DNA of 32,000 nt, from the NCBI RefSeq assembly GCF_017876815.1, contig NZ_JAGIOS010000001.1:2700001-2732000 (forward strand). Reading direction: 5' to 3'. The translations under genes and the position numbers were made by a program. Each line of letters starts with the position of its first letter. Within the stretch, counting starts at the first letter, position 1. Below the pieces are notes generated by a model. It saw only the letters and a list, made by a program, of their open reading frames with translations, was not told where the DNA came from and made no database searches. The DNA comes from Sinorhizobium meliloti. Lineage in GTDB: Bacteria > Pseudomonadota > Alphaproteobacteria > Rhizobiales > Rhizobiaceae. Below are positions 1-10,080 of the stretch, in pieces.

Positions 1-489
1 GTATTGCGGATCGTAGGCAGCCTCCTCGCGATCGGAGAGCGAGGGAAGGCTGTTGGGCAGATCCTCGCGCTCGACCGGAGCGGGCGCAATATCGCGGTAT
101 TCGGGGATGGCGCCGGTAAACTCGCCGGGTTCGGAATAGCCGTAACCGCGATCGCGGGGCTCGGGATAGCCATCGCGCCCGTATTCGCGGCGCCGCTGTC
201 CGCGACCATAGCCGTCATTCGGCACGACGGTGGCGACGATATTGCCCCACGGATCCACGAGCACCGTGCGTCCGCGGCGGTCGCGCATGGCATGAACCTC
301 GGCCTCTCCGGGGATATAGTCGAGAATGTCGCCTTCGGGCGTGACGAGCATCACGTCGCCGCCGCCCCAATAGCCACCATAGGCATCCTGTGCGTTGGCG
401 GGCGCAAGCTCCATGGCCATGAGGGCGAGTGCTGCGAAGAGCGAAAGGCCGGTGCGGGTCGCGGGCGTCACTAGGGAACCTGTCTTCAT
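1..489 (-). CDS. secreted protein of unknown function (N-terminal part; ORF continues past the left edge)
   Basis: Absent from the ORF track because it is open at the window edge. The reverse-strand ATG at 487-489 gives MKTGSLVTPATRTGLSLFAALALMAMELAPANA/QD..., a signal peptide with an AxA site. A D/E/Y/P/G/R-rich sequence follows. The same-register + ORF 4..474 reads like antisense junk (A/G/I/R rich). No clear SD. Confidence 0.5.
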   Translation of the reverse strand, partial: MKTGSLVTPATRTGLSLFAALALMAMELAPANAQDAYGGYWGGGDVMLVTPEGDILDYIPGEAEVHAMRDRRGRTVLVDPWGNIVATVVPNDGYGRGQRRREYGRDGYPEPRDRGYGYSEPGEFTGAIPEYRDIAPAPVEREDLPNSLPSLSDREEAAYDPQY

Positions 490-680
490 GGCGGTTGCTT
501 TGCGGCGGTACATACCGATTTGGACGTTAATGTGAAAAAAGTGAATTCATCATGAACAGCCGGTTAAATTAGTTAGGCCAACATCCTGCCCATTGCAACG
601 CTCGCCGAAATGGCCCGGTTCCGAGGCTTCGACTATCATGGATTCCATGCCTGATTCCGGGCTCCTTCTCTGGAGGTGAA

Positions 681-1517
681 ATGCGGACGACCTTGAACGC
701 GGCCGATGGCGCGGCGAGCCACCTCCTGTTCGACCCGTCCTCGGCACTCGATGTCGCGGCCTTCGTCGTCGCCGGTGTCGATCTGTCGCCGGGCGCGGCG
801 ATCCCCTCGGACGGCGATCCGCGCATCGACCGCGCGCTCGCGGGTTTCCTGTTTACCTGCGGTCCCGAGCACATTCGACATCCCGAGGCTCTGGAAGGCG
901 GCGCCGGCGCATATTATCCCCTGCATGGCTCGCTCGCCGGAACGCCCGTCAGCCGGACCGAGATGTGCGGTGCGGGCGATCGTTGTACTGCCGTCACCGA
1001 AGTCGATCTCGCCTGCGGCGGCCGGGCGGCTATCGAGCGCCTCTGGCAAGTCGATGCGGCCGCGCACGCCGTGACGCTTGCGGACCGCGTCATCAACATC
1101 GGTTCGTCTGCCTTTGCGCCGATGATGATGTATCACATGAACATCGCCGGCCGGCTGCTCGGCGAGGAAACGCGGATCGAAAGTCCGTCGGTCGACGGCG
1201 GATCGTTTCCTTGGCGCTTCGGCGAGGGGGAAAGCGCGCATTTCTGCCGTCCGGCCGTTGCCTGTGACGGATGGTCGGAGGTGGCGCTGACCGCAATGCC
1301 GGGTCTTAAGGGGCGCGCACTGCGTGTGCGGTTCCGGACCGACACGCTGCCGTTCCTGCAGATGTGGCGTTGTCAGCGCGGCGGCGCCAACGTCGTCAGC
1401 ATCGAGCCGGCCTCGCATCGCCTGGCGAAGCGGCCGCAGCTTGCCGCAAACGGGGAGCTCGATCCTCTTCAACCCGGCCAATCGCGCGATTATAGCCTGG
1501 CTTTCACCGTCTCCTGA
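681..1517 (+). CDS. aldose 1-epimerase-like (galactose mutarotase fold, DUF4432-like) protein
   Basis: 278-aa ORF with SD GGAGGTG 4 nt before the ATG. Mutarotase-like landmarks are YPLHG, MMMYHMNIA (compare the HxYFN motif) and C-terminal VSIEPAS (compare the LEP motif). High GC3. Confidence 0.55.
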   Translation: MRTTLNAADGAASHLLFDPSSALDVAAFVVAGVDLSPGAAIPSDGDPRIDRALAGFLFTCGPEHIRHPEALEGGAGAYYPLHGSLAGTPVSRTEMCGAGDRCTAVTEVDLACGGRAAIERLWQVDAAAHAVTLADRVINIGSSAFAPMMMYHMNIAGRLLGEETRIESPSVDGGSFPWRFGEGESAHFCRPAVACDGWSEVALTAMPGLKGRALRVRFRTDTLPFLQMWRCQRGGANVVSIEPASHRLAKRPQLAANGELDPLQPGQSRDYSLAFTVS

Positions 1518-1589
1518 TGACGCCTTCTCGATTGACGCCGCCCGGCGCCGGGCCTAAATCAGGGCAACGCTTTTCTTGAGGGACGCCAC

Positions 1590-1928
1590 ATGGACATTCG
1601 CCAGATCAACGATGAGTACTCGGTTTCGGGCCAGATCACCGTCGACGACCTCGACGAGATCAAGGCGCTCGGCTTCAAGTCCATCGTCTGTCATCGCCCG
1701 GATTTCGAGGCACCCGATCAGCCGACCTTCGACGCCATCGCCGCGCGTGCCCAGGAACTCGGGCTGGAGATCACCCATATCCCGGTCGGCCCGATGGGCG
1801 TGACCGCGGACGCGGTCAAGAGCATGGTCGACGCTCTGGACGAATTCCAGCGCCCGATGCTTGGCTATTGCCGCTCCGGCGCCCGCTCCACCGCAGTCTA
1901 TCAGCAGACACTGCACATTCGGGGCTGA
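1590..1928 (+). CDS. DUF442/TIGR01244-type small phosphatase-like (sulfur-metabolism-associated) protein
   Basis: 112 aa with SD GAGGGA upstream. C-terminal CRSGARS matches the Cys-X5-Arg(S/T) P-loop of the PTP-like DUF442 domain. Size and sequence fit the family. Confidence 0.6.
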   Translation: MDIRQINDEYSVSGQITVDDLDEIKALGFKSIVCHRPDFEAPDQPTFDAIAARAQELGLEITHIPVGPMGVTADAVKSMVDALDEFQRPMLGYCRSGARSTAVYQQTLHIRG

Positions 1929-2115
1929 GGCGCCGAAAACGGTTGTGACGAGGGCTTCGCTCCGCGAATCATCTCACGGATTGCGATCTCTCTCTCATCC
2001 CTCGAGCACTGAGGAGGTTGGCAGGCATACCGCGATGCTCGCGAAGACGGCCGAGATCACGCATGATGTCGAGATGCAGACACGTCGAATGCAGTGGTTT
2101 GATCGGGCCGCCTCT

Positions 2116-2380
2116 GCCCCTCATCCGCCTGCCGGCACCTTCTCCCCGATTACGGGGAGAAGGAACAAGCGGGCACTGCTTCGTCCTCTTCTACAGCGCC
2201 GCGCGTCTTATCAGACGCGCAAAGGTCGCTGTAGCACTTTGATCTGCTGCATGTTTTTGTCCTTTGATCGGATACGATTAAAGGAAACATGCAGTAGAGG
2301 GCGGAGACGGGGCTGGGAGCTTGCCGCTTGTCCCTTCGCCCCGCTTGCGGGGAGAAGGTGCCGGCAGGCGGATGAGGGGC
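2116..2380. repeat. composite palindromic mosaic repeat (RIME/Sm-repeat-like), MITE-like architecture: module A - module B - inverted module A
   Basis: Module A1 (2116-2175) and A2 (2322-2380) are inverted copies; their first 33 nt, gcccctcatccgcctgccggcaccttctccccg, are identical. Each contains an internal 10-11 bp hairpin (ccttctccccg/cggggagaagg). Between them lies module B1 (2194-2253) with the hairpin gcgcgtct-tatc-agacgcgc. Further copies of A and B occur at 16991-17042, 17184-17215 and 30248-30306. Confidence 0.8.
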
Positions 2381-2422
2381 TTTCGAGAATTCCGCTGAGC
2401 GCCGCATTACGGCGGCCCCATC

Positions 2423-4069
2423 CTACCCTTTCCGGATCTCGCTCAGCGTCCGCGTCGGCGTGATCGCTTCCGGGTCGAGCTTGATCTCGATGATGGCAGG
2501 CTTGCCGCTCTCACGCGCCCGCAGGAAGGCGCCTGCGAATTCTTCCGTCCTCGCCACCGTTTCGCCGTGGCCGCCATAGGCGCGGGCGAGCGCTGCGAAA
2601 TCCGGGTTCGTCAGATCCGTGGCGCTGACACGGCCGGGATATTCGCGCTCCTGGTGCATGCGGATCGTACCGTAGATACCGTTGTTGACGACGAGCACGA
2701 TGATCGGGAGTTCATAGCGGACGGCGGTCGCGAACTCCTGGCCATGCATCAGGAAACAGCCGTCGCCGGCAAAGCAGACCACCTCGCGATCGGGATGCAG
2801 ATGCTTGGCCGCGACTGCGGCCGGCAGGCCGTAGCCCATCGAGCCGGAAGCGGGAGCAGCCTGCGTCCCGTAACGGCGGAAACGGTGGAAGCGATGGAGC
2901 CAGGTGGCGTAATTGCCTGCGCCGTTGGTGAAGATCGTCTCCGGCCCCGTATTCGCCTCCAGCCAGTTCACGATCGGTCCCATCTGCACGTCGCCCGGTC
3001 CCTTTTCCGGCGGCGTCGACCATTTGAGATAGGCCGCATGCATTTCTCCGGTGCGGGCGGACCAGTGGGGCTCGGCTGAAGGCGTCAGGTTCGAGAGCGC
3101 GGCGACGAAGTCGCGCGGGCTCGCGGCAATTGCGAGGTCCGGACGGTAGACCCGGCCGAGCTCGCCCGGATCCGGATGGACATGCACCAGGGTCTGCCTG
3201 GGGTAGGGGACGTCGATCAGCGTGTAGCCGGAGGAAGGCATCTCCGAGAACCGCCCGCCGACGAGGAGGACGAGGTCGGCTTCCCGGATCTCGCCTGCCA
3301 GCGACGGATTGATGCCGATGCCGACATCGCCCGCGTAGTTCGGATGCAGGTGGTCGAAAAGCATCTGGCGGCGGAAGGAGCAGCCGACCGGCAGCTGCCA
3401 GCGCTCGGCGAAGCTCTGGAACCCGGCCACGGACTCGGCGGACCAGCGGGTACCGCCGAGAATGGCGATCGGCCTTTTCGCGGTGGAGAGAAGCTCTGCA
3501 AGCTTGGCAATCTGGCTTGGGCCCGGGTGGCTTTCCACCGGCTGGTAAGCGCGGGCGGCCGGTGCCTCGGTGCTCTGTGTCAGCATGTCTTCCGGCAAGG
3601 TCAGGACCACAGGCCCGGGACGGCCGGACGTCGCGACGGCGAAGGCACGCGTCACGAATTCCGGGATGCGCGCCGGATCGTCGATTTCGCCGACCCATTT
3701 TGCGACTTCGGTGAAGGCCCGCCGATACTCGATCTCCTGAAAAGCCTCCCGCTCGCGGGCTTCGCGCTGCACCTGGCCGATGAAGAGGATCATCGGAACC
3801 GAATCCTGCCGGGCCACGTGGAGGCCGGCGGAGGCATTGGTCGCGCCGGGGCCGCGGGTGACCATGCAGATGCCGGGCTCGCCCGTCAGGCGGCCCCAGG
3901 CATCCGCCATCATTGCGGCCCCGCCCTCCTGCCGGCAGACGACGACCTCGATGTCGGCGTCGTAAAGCGCATCGAGCACCGCCAGATAGCTTTCTCCCGG
4001 AACGCAGGAGATGCGCTTCACCCCGTTTGCGGCAAGCGCTTCCACCACCAGTTGTCCGCCCGTTTTCAT
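2423..4069 (-). CDS. thiamine-diphosphate-dependent enzyme, acetolactate synthase large subunit-like family (specific reaction unknown)
   Basis: N-terminus GGQLVVEALAANGVKRISCVPGESYLAVLDAL... and C-terminal GSMGYGLPAAVAAK...GDGCFLM...NNG (TPP-binding motif). The track start is a GTG at 4075, but SD GGGAGG at 4075-4080 sits 5 nt before the ATG at 4069, so I call MKTGGQ as the start. Confidence 0.8.
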   Translation of the reverse strand: MKTGGQLVVEALAANGVKRISCVPGESYLAVLDALYDADIEVVVCRQEGGAAMMADAWGRLTGEPGICMVTRGPGATNASAGLHVARQDSVPMILFIGQVQREAREREAFQEIEYRRAFTEVAKWVGEIDDPARIPEFVTRAFAVATSGRPGPVVLTLPEDMLTQSTEAPAARAYQPVESHPGPSQIAKLAELLSTAKRPIAILGGTRWSAESVAGFQSFAERWQLPVGCSFRRQMLFDHLHPNYAGDVGIGINPSLAGEIREADLVLLVGGRFSEMPSSGYTLIDVPYPRQTLVHVHPDPGELGRVYRPDLAIAASPRDFVAALSNLTPSAEPHWSARTGEMHAAYLKWSTPPEKGPGDVQMGPIVNWLEANTGPETIFTNGAGNYATWLHRFHRFRRYGTQAAPASGSMGYGLPAAVAAKHLHPDREVVCFAGDGCFLMHGQEFATAVRYELPIIVLVVNNGIYGTIRMHQEREYPGRVSATDLTNPDFAALARAYGGHGETVARTEEFAGAFLRARESGKPAIIEIKLDPEAITPTRTLSEIRKG

Positions 4070-4103
4070 ATGCACCTCCCAATGCTGTCCTGTTTTGCCG
4101 ATG

Positions 4104-5057
4104 TCAGATCGCCGGCGACACCGGCGCGATACCAGCCGTTTTCTGCACCTGCCGCTCGCGCCAGATGATATAAAGTCCTGAGCCGATGATGATCGCGATG
4201 CCCAGCCATTTCAGCGCGTCCGGCAGATCGCCGAAGACGAGCCAGCCGAAAATCGTCGCCGAGACGATCTCGAGATATTGCAGCGGCGCGAGCACCGAGG
4301 CCGGCGCCGCCCGATAGGCATAGACGCCGAGCACGCCGGAGATCGTCGCGGTGACGCCGACCCCGAGCAGGTAGTACCAGGCGCGCCCGTCCGGCCAGAC
4401 CGGATCGAAGACGCTCGATCCGCTGCCCTCGCCGAACCAGAGCAGCGCGAGACAGAAGAGGCCTCCCCAGATGCCGGCATGGAACTGCATCGACCAGGGG
4501 TCCTCGTTCTGCGCGACCATGCGCGTCACGAGCAGGAAAACGGCGAGGCCGAAGGCGGCGACGATCGGAAGAAGTGCGACCAGACCAACTTCCTGCATGC
4601 TCGGCTGGATCACGAGCAGCGAACCGAGGAAGCCGACAGCGCAGGCGGTATAACGGCGCCAGCCGATCGTCTCCTTCAGGAAAATGCTGCCTAGAATCGT
4701 GAGGATGATCGGTTCAACGAAGAAGATGGCGATGGCATCGGCCACCTCCATGACCTTCAGCGTGGTGATGAAGGAAAGCATGGTCACCACCAGAAGGCCG
4801 CCGCGCAGCGCATGCAGCGCACTCTTGCGCCATGTGAGATCGAAGAGCGTACCGCGCACAAGGACGATCGGCAGGATGAAGACGATCTGCAGCAGGAAGC
4901 GTGCCGCCGTGATCTCGGCCGAGGGAACCGTCGCGATGGCTAGCTTCGAGAAGATGTCGATCAGCGGCGACAGCAACACCGAAAGGACCATCAGCGTCAG
5001 GCCGTAGGAAATCCGGTTGTGGTCGATTGCCGCCTTGGAAAGGGAGAGCTCGCTCAT
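4104..5057 (-). CDS. EamA/DMT-family membrane transporter
   Basis: About 10 hydrophobic segments in the duplicated EamA pattern. The track ORF extends to 5351, but that 98-aa extension is Arg-rich junk overlapping the upstream gene. The ATG at 5055-5057 (MSELSLSK) overlaps the upstream stop as ATGA. Confidence 0.75.
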   Translation of the reverse strand: MSELSLSKAAIDHNRISYGLTLMVLSVLLSPLIDIFSKLAIATVPSAEITAARFLLQIVFILPIVLVRGTLFDLTWRKSALHALRGGLLVVTMLSFITTLKVMEVADAIAIFFVEPIILTILGSIFLKETIGWRRYTACAVGFLGSLLVIQPSMQEVGLVALLPIVAAFGLAVFLLVTRMVAQNEDPWSMQFHAGIWGGLFCLALLWFGEGSGSSVFDPVWPDGRAWYYLLGVGVTATISGVLGVYAYRAAPASVLAPLQYLEIVSATIFGWLVFGDLPDALKWLGIAIIIGSGLYIIWRERQVQKTAGIAPVSPAI

Positions 5058-5998
5058 TGACCGTGGCGCTTTCCCCGGACTGCCTTCAGGCACCAGGCGG
5101 CGAATTCCTCCGTCGCTTTTTCCCGGCCGATCTCGTTGAGCGTTTCGTGGCGCATGCCCTCGTGAATTGCGATCGTGACATTCGTCATGCCCCGCGCTTT
5201 CATGCGGTTGCCCAGCCAGCGAACGGCCTCTCCGTTGAGGGTGGAAGGATCGGCACTGCCGCCGACGAGGTGTACCGGAAGGCTCGACGGCAGCCGCGAC
5301 AGCCGGTCGGGGCGGGCACCGGCGAAGGCGAAGGCGAAGACGTCGAGCCACAGCGATACGGTCGGGTCGAAACCGCAGTGCGGATCTTCGATATATCTGG
5401 CGACCTCGCTTTCATCGCGCGAGAGCCAGTCGAAATCGGTCTGCCGGTCGGCGATGGTGGTGCTCCAGGCGCCGAAGGTGAGTTTCGTCACGAGCGGACT
5501 TGGCACGTCCGAACCCTTCAGCATCTTCTCGATCGCCAGCAGCAACTGGCCGCCGCGCCCGGCAAGGCCCGGCCGGAAATTGGAGTTCCACACAGCGAGC
5601 GCGTCGTAGAGGTCCGGATCGGTTTCGGCGGCGTTCAGCGCGATCAGTCCCCCCATCGAATGGCCGAACAGCACGACCGGCAGGCCTGGATGAGCGGCCG
5701 CTGCCATATCGCGGAGTGCGCGCAAGTCCGTGACGACCTTCGCCGCACCTTCCCGCTGGGCGAACATGGCGGGAGGCGCATCGGGGGCACAGCTCGTGCC
5801 GTGGCCGCGGTGGTCATGGGCGTAAACGTGGAAACCTTGGGCGGCCATGGTTTCGGCAAAGCGGGCATAGCGGCCGGAATGCTCGGCAAGGCCGTGGCTG
5901 ATGACGAGAATGCCTTGCGGTTCGCCTGCCGCGCCCTCATGGCGCCAGCCGAGCGTCGCGCCGGTCGGGCTTTGATGCGTCCTCACCTGCCCGAACAT
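5054..5998 (-). CDS. alpha/beta hydrolase, lysophospholipase/monoacylglycerol lipase-like
   Basis: 314 aa with an HG oxyanion motif (ISHGLAEHSGRY) and a GHSMGG nucleophile elbow. The stop overlaps the start of the downstream EamA gene (ATGA at 5054-5057). Confidence 0.75.
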   Translation of the reverse strand: MFGQVRTHQSPTGATLGWRHEGAAGEPQGILVISHGLAEHSGRYARFAETMAAQGFHVYAHDHRGHGTSCAPDAPPAMFAQREGAAKVVTDLRALRDMAAAAHPGLPVVLFGHSMGGLIALNAAETDPDLYDALAVWNSNFRPGLAGRGGQLLLAIEKMLKGSDVPSPLVTKLTFGAWSTTIADRQTDFDWLSRDESEVARYIEDPHCGFDPTVSLWLDVFAFAFAGARPDRLSRLPSSLPVHLVGGSADPSTLNGEAVRWLGNRMKARGMTNVTIAIHEGMRHETLNEIGREKATEEFAAWCLKAVRGKRHGQ

Positions 5999-6189
5999 GC
6001 CATGCGCTCTCCCCCACTTGCGGATGCCGTACGGATATCAAATCGATTTGGGTGGGAAAGGCAATCGCAGCTTGTTGCTCGTTGCGCATGAGATCACAAC
6101 GAATCCGCGGATACCGATTCAGGGTTGCAATTTTCCCGTATATGGGGTTTTTTGTTCCTGTTTTGTTTTCCTTTAGAGGGTTTGGGGCA

Positions 6190-6966
6190 ATGAAGACAAG
6201 GGCGATGATGCATCTGATGAGGTTGGCGGCTGTGGCGCTGGGGTTGGCGAATGCGCCCCTCGCGGCGGCTCAGGAGAGTTCCGCGAGCGAGGGCGAAACC
6301 GGCGGGGGGAGGACGGAATATGTGCTCGCCGTCAGCTGGCAGCCGGGATTCTGCGAGACGCGGCCCGATCGCAAGGAATGCATCGGCCAGACGGCGGAGC
6401 GCTTCGACGCGACGAATTTCTCGCTTCATGGCCTATGGCCACTCAAGAAGAGCTATTGCGGCGTGGAAGCGGATCTGAAAGCGCGCGACCGCAAGGGCGA
6501 CTGGCTGGAACTGCCGGAAGTCGACATGGGGGACGAGACGGCCAAGCGCCTGCTTGTCGCCATGCCGGGGGTCAAGTCCGGCCTGGACCGGCACCAATGG
6601 CTGCGCAACGGTACCTGCCAGACGGCAAATGCCGAGGACTACTTCGCGCTGCAGCTCCGGCTTCTGGACGAGCTCAACCGTTCGGCCGTACGTGCGCTCT
6701 TTGCCGACGCGATCGGCAAGGAACTTGACGAAAAACAGATCAAGCAGGCCTTCGACCAGGGTTTCGGGGCGGGGGCCGGAGACCGGGTGCGCATGCGTTG
6801 CCAGTCGGTGAACGGCCGCGACGTGATCACCGGGCTGACGATCGGGCTCTCGGGCGACCTCTCGGGCAAAGCCGAACTGGCGGATCTGATCCAGGCGCAA
6901 TTCGCATTGAGGGAGCGGCGTGGCAGCGTTGGGGCAAGGGCCTTTGACGTTGCCCCGCCACCATAA
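6190..6966 (+). CDS. RNase T2-family protein, secreted, with a non-canonical second active-site motif
   Basis: Signal peptide MKTRAMMHLMRLAAVALGLANAPLAAA/QE. CAS I motif FSLHGLWP is at 6418-6441. The CAS II position reads HQWLRNGTC (6592-6618) where the family normally has HEWxKHGTC. Start chosen at the ATG at 6190 rather than the track start 6052. Confidence 0.7.
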   Translation: MKTRAMMHLMRLAAVALGLANAPLAAAQESSASEGETGGGRTEYVLAVSWQPGFCETRPDRKECIGQTAERFDATNFSLHGLWPLKKSYCGVEADLKARDRKGDWLELPEVDMGDETAKRLLVAMPGVKSGLDRHQWLRNGTCQTANAEDYFALQLRLLDELNRSAVRALFADAIGKELDEKQIKQAFDQGFGAGAGDRVRMRCQSVNGRDVITGLTIGLSGDLSGKAELADLIQAQFALRERRGSVGARAFDVAPPP

Positions 6967-7015
6967 TTCGCCTACATAGCGGGCAAAATTCCCTTCCGAT
7001 GCGGAGCATTCCTTT

Positions 7016-8665
<1,650 letters not shown>

Positions 8666-8766
8666 CCGTCATACGCTTGCGGCGGCGCATCGCTGAAGCG
8701 TAGAGCGACATGCGTCCAGATGGAGCCAAGAACAAAAGTCCTTCACGGCGCGGACGCGTCGTGGCT

Positions 8767-8879
8767 GGATGCCTGTGACAAGCACAGGCATGAGGGGAGT
8801 GTTTGGGCTGCCGTAATCGACCGGTATCGGTGAACGGGCGCCCGATCCTTCCTCATCCTTGTGCTTGTAACAGGGATCC
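8767..8879. repeat. imperfect long inverted repeat (about 30-nt arms, about 46-nt spacer) in the ettA / sahR-like intergenic region
   Basis: By hand alignment, the left arm 8767-8799 (ggatgcctgtgacaagcacaggcatgagg...) is complementary to the right arm 8846-8879 (...cctcatccttgtgcttgtaacagggatcc) at about 25 of 29 positions. The left arm also folds on itself (gcctgtg-acaag-cacaggc). Confidence 0.6.
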
Positions 8880-9018
8880 AGCAGCGCCGCGTCCGCGGCG
8901 CCAGAGAGTCACGGCGAAACGCACGTCCGTAAGGGCGACCGCAAGGTCGCCCGCTCTTATCCTCCAAGCGCCATTCTGTAGCCCTTATGCGCAAATCTCT
9001 TGCGCCGTCGCCGCAAAT

Positions 9019-9040
9019 CACATAAACATATCTTTATGTG
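9019..9040. promoter_or_regulatory. perfect 8-6-8 palindrome CACATAAA-catatc-TTTATGTG; candidate operator of the adjacent ArsR-family regulator
   Basis: Read directly from the sequence. It ends 16 nt upstream of the ATG at 9056. ArsR/SmtB-type regulators typically autoregulate through AT-rich palindromes at their own promoters. Confidence 0.5.
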
Positions 9041-9055
9041 TTGATGGGGAAGGCT

Positions 9056-10078
9056 ATGGCTGATCGGGAAACGCTTGGTTTGGATGCGCTGGTCGACGTC
9101 CTGAAAGCGGCGGGCGAGCCGACGCGCCTGCGCCTGCTGGCACTGCTCTCGGCCGGCGACCTGACGGTCACCGATCTTACCGAAATTCTCGGGCAGTCGC
9201 AGCCGCGCATTTCCCGTCATCTGAAATTGCTGGCCGAGGTCGCGCTCATCGATCGCTATCAGGAAGGCGCCTGGGCCTATTTCCGTCTGCGACAGGAGGG
9301 CCGTCGCGTCGCGCTGATCCGCGAGCTTCTCGCATCGGCTGCGGCCGACGATGCGATTCTGGCCAGGGATGCGATCCGCCTTGCCACGTTGAAAAGAACC
9401 CGCGCGGAGAAGGCGCAGGCCTATTTCAGCCGCAACGCGGCCGAATGGGACAAGCTCCGACGTCTGCACATCGCCGAAGGCGACGTCGAGGCGGCGCTCA
9501 AGGCGATGGTCGGCGACGAGCCGGTCGACAGCCTGCTCGACCTCGGCACCGGAACGGGACGCATCCTGCAGCTCTTCGAGGGCATCTACCGGCGCGGCAT
9601 CGGCGTCGACGCCAGCCGCGACATGCTGGCGGTTGCGCGGTCCAACCTGGACAGGGCCGGCATCACCAAGGCGTCGATCCGCCACGGCGACATCTTCAAC
9701 CTGCCGCTGGATGGTCAATCCTTCGATCTCGTCACGATCCACCAGGTGCTCCATTATCTCGAGGAGCCCGAGGCGGCGATTGCCGAGGCCGCGCGCATGC
9801 TCGTACCGGGCGGCCGGCTCGTGATCATCGATTTCGCGCCGCACGGGCTTGAACATCTGCGTGACGACCACGCCCATGCGCGCCTCGGCTTCTCGCACCA
9901 GACGATGAGCGAATGGCTGCAGAAGGCGGATCTTTCGCTCGAGAAGACGACCGATCTTGCGCCGGAAGGCGGGCAGGAGGGGAAGCTGACTGTCACCATC
10001 TGGCTGGCGCGCGACCAGCGCGCGGCCGAAACCGTTGCCGACTTGCCGCGCCAGCGTCTTCATGCAGGGGGAGTTTGA
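9056..10078 (+). CDS. sahR: ArsR-family HTH fused to a SAM-dependent methyltransferase-like domain (SahR-type methionine-cycle regulator)
   Basis: N-terminal wHTH LKAAGEPTRLRLLALLSAGDLTVTDLTEILGQSQPRISRHLKLL. C-terminal class I methyltransferase motif I LLDLGTGTGRIL. It lies 2 nt upstream of metF, the architecture and context described for SahR. Start moved to the ATG at 9056 (SD GGAAGG 5 nt upstream) from the track start 9038. Confidence 0.7.
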   Translation: MADRETLGLDALVDVLKAAGEPTRLRLLALLSAGDLTVTDLTEILGQSQPRISRHLKLLAEVALIDRYQEGAWAYFRLRQEGRRVALIRELLASAAADDAILARDAIRLATLKRTRAEKAQAYFSRNAAEWDKLRRLHIAEGDVEAALKAMVGDEPVDSLLDLGTGTGRILQLFEGIYRRGIGVDASRDMLAVARSNLDRAGITKASIRHGDIFNLPLDGQSFDLVTIHQVLHYLEEPEAAIAEAARMLVPGGRLVIIDFAPHGLEHLRDDHAHARLGFSHQTMSEWLQKADLSLEKTTDLAPEGGQEGKLTVTIWLARDQRAAETVADLPRQRLHAGGV

Positions 10079-10080
10079 GA

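Noticed and set aside
4-474. 156-aa + strand ORF at the left edge
   Set aside because: It is in exact antisense register to a minus-strand frame that starts with a convincing signal peptide. GC3 does not discriminate between the two, but the + product is A/G/I/R-rich with no features.
1861-2463. ORFs 1861..2463(+), 2018..2242(+) and 2150..2407(-) encoding PHPPAGTFSP...-type peptides
   Set aside because: They are translations of the palindromic repeat modules. The same peptide strings arise wherever the repeat occurs, in either orientation.
8666-9018. SAM-II (metA-type) or cobalamin riboswitch upstream of sahR-metF
   Set aside because: I found no AAAGC-containing pseudoknot core or GAUUU/UUGGCUU-like SAM-II segments, and no B12-box-like sequence. 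The presence of a SahR-type protein regulator makes a riboswitch unnecessary.
9913-10080. N-terminal extension of metF (track ORF starts at 9913)
   Set aside because: It overlaps the 3' end of the sahR-like gene and is Arg/Ala-rich. MetF homology begins at the ATG at 10081.
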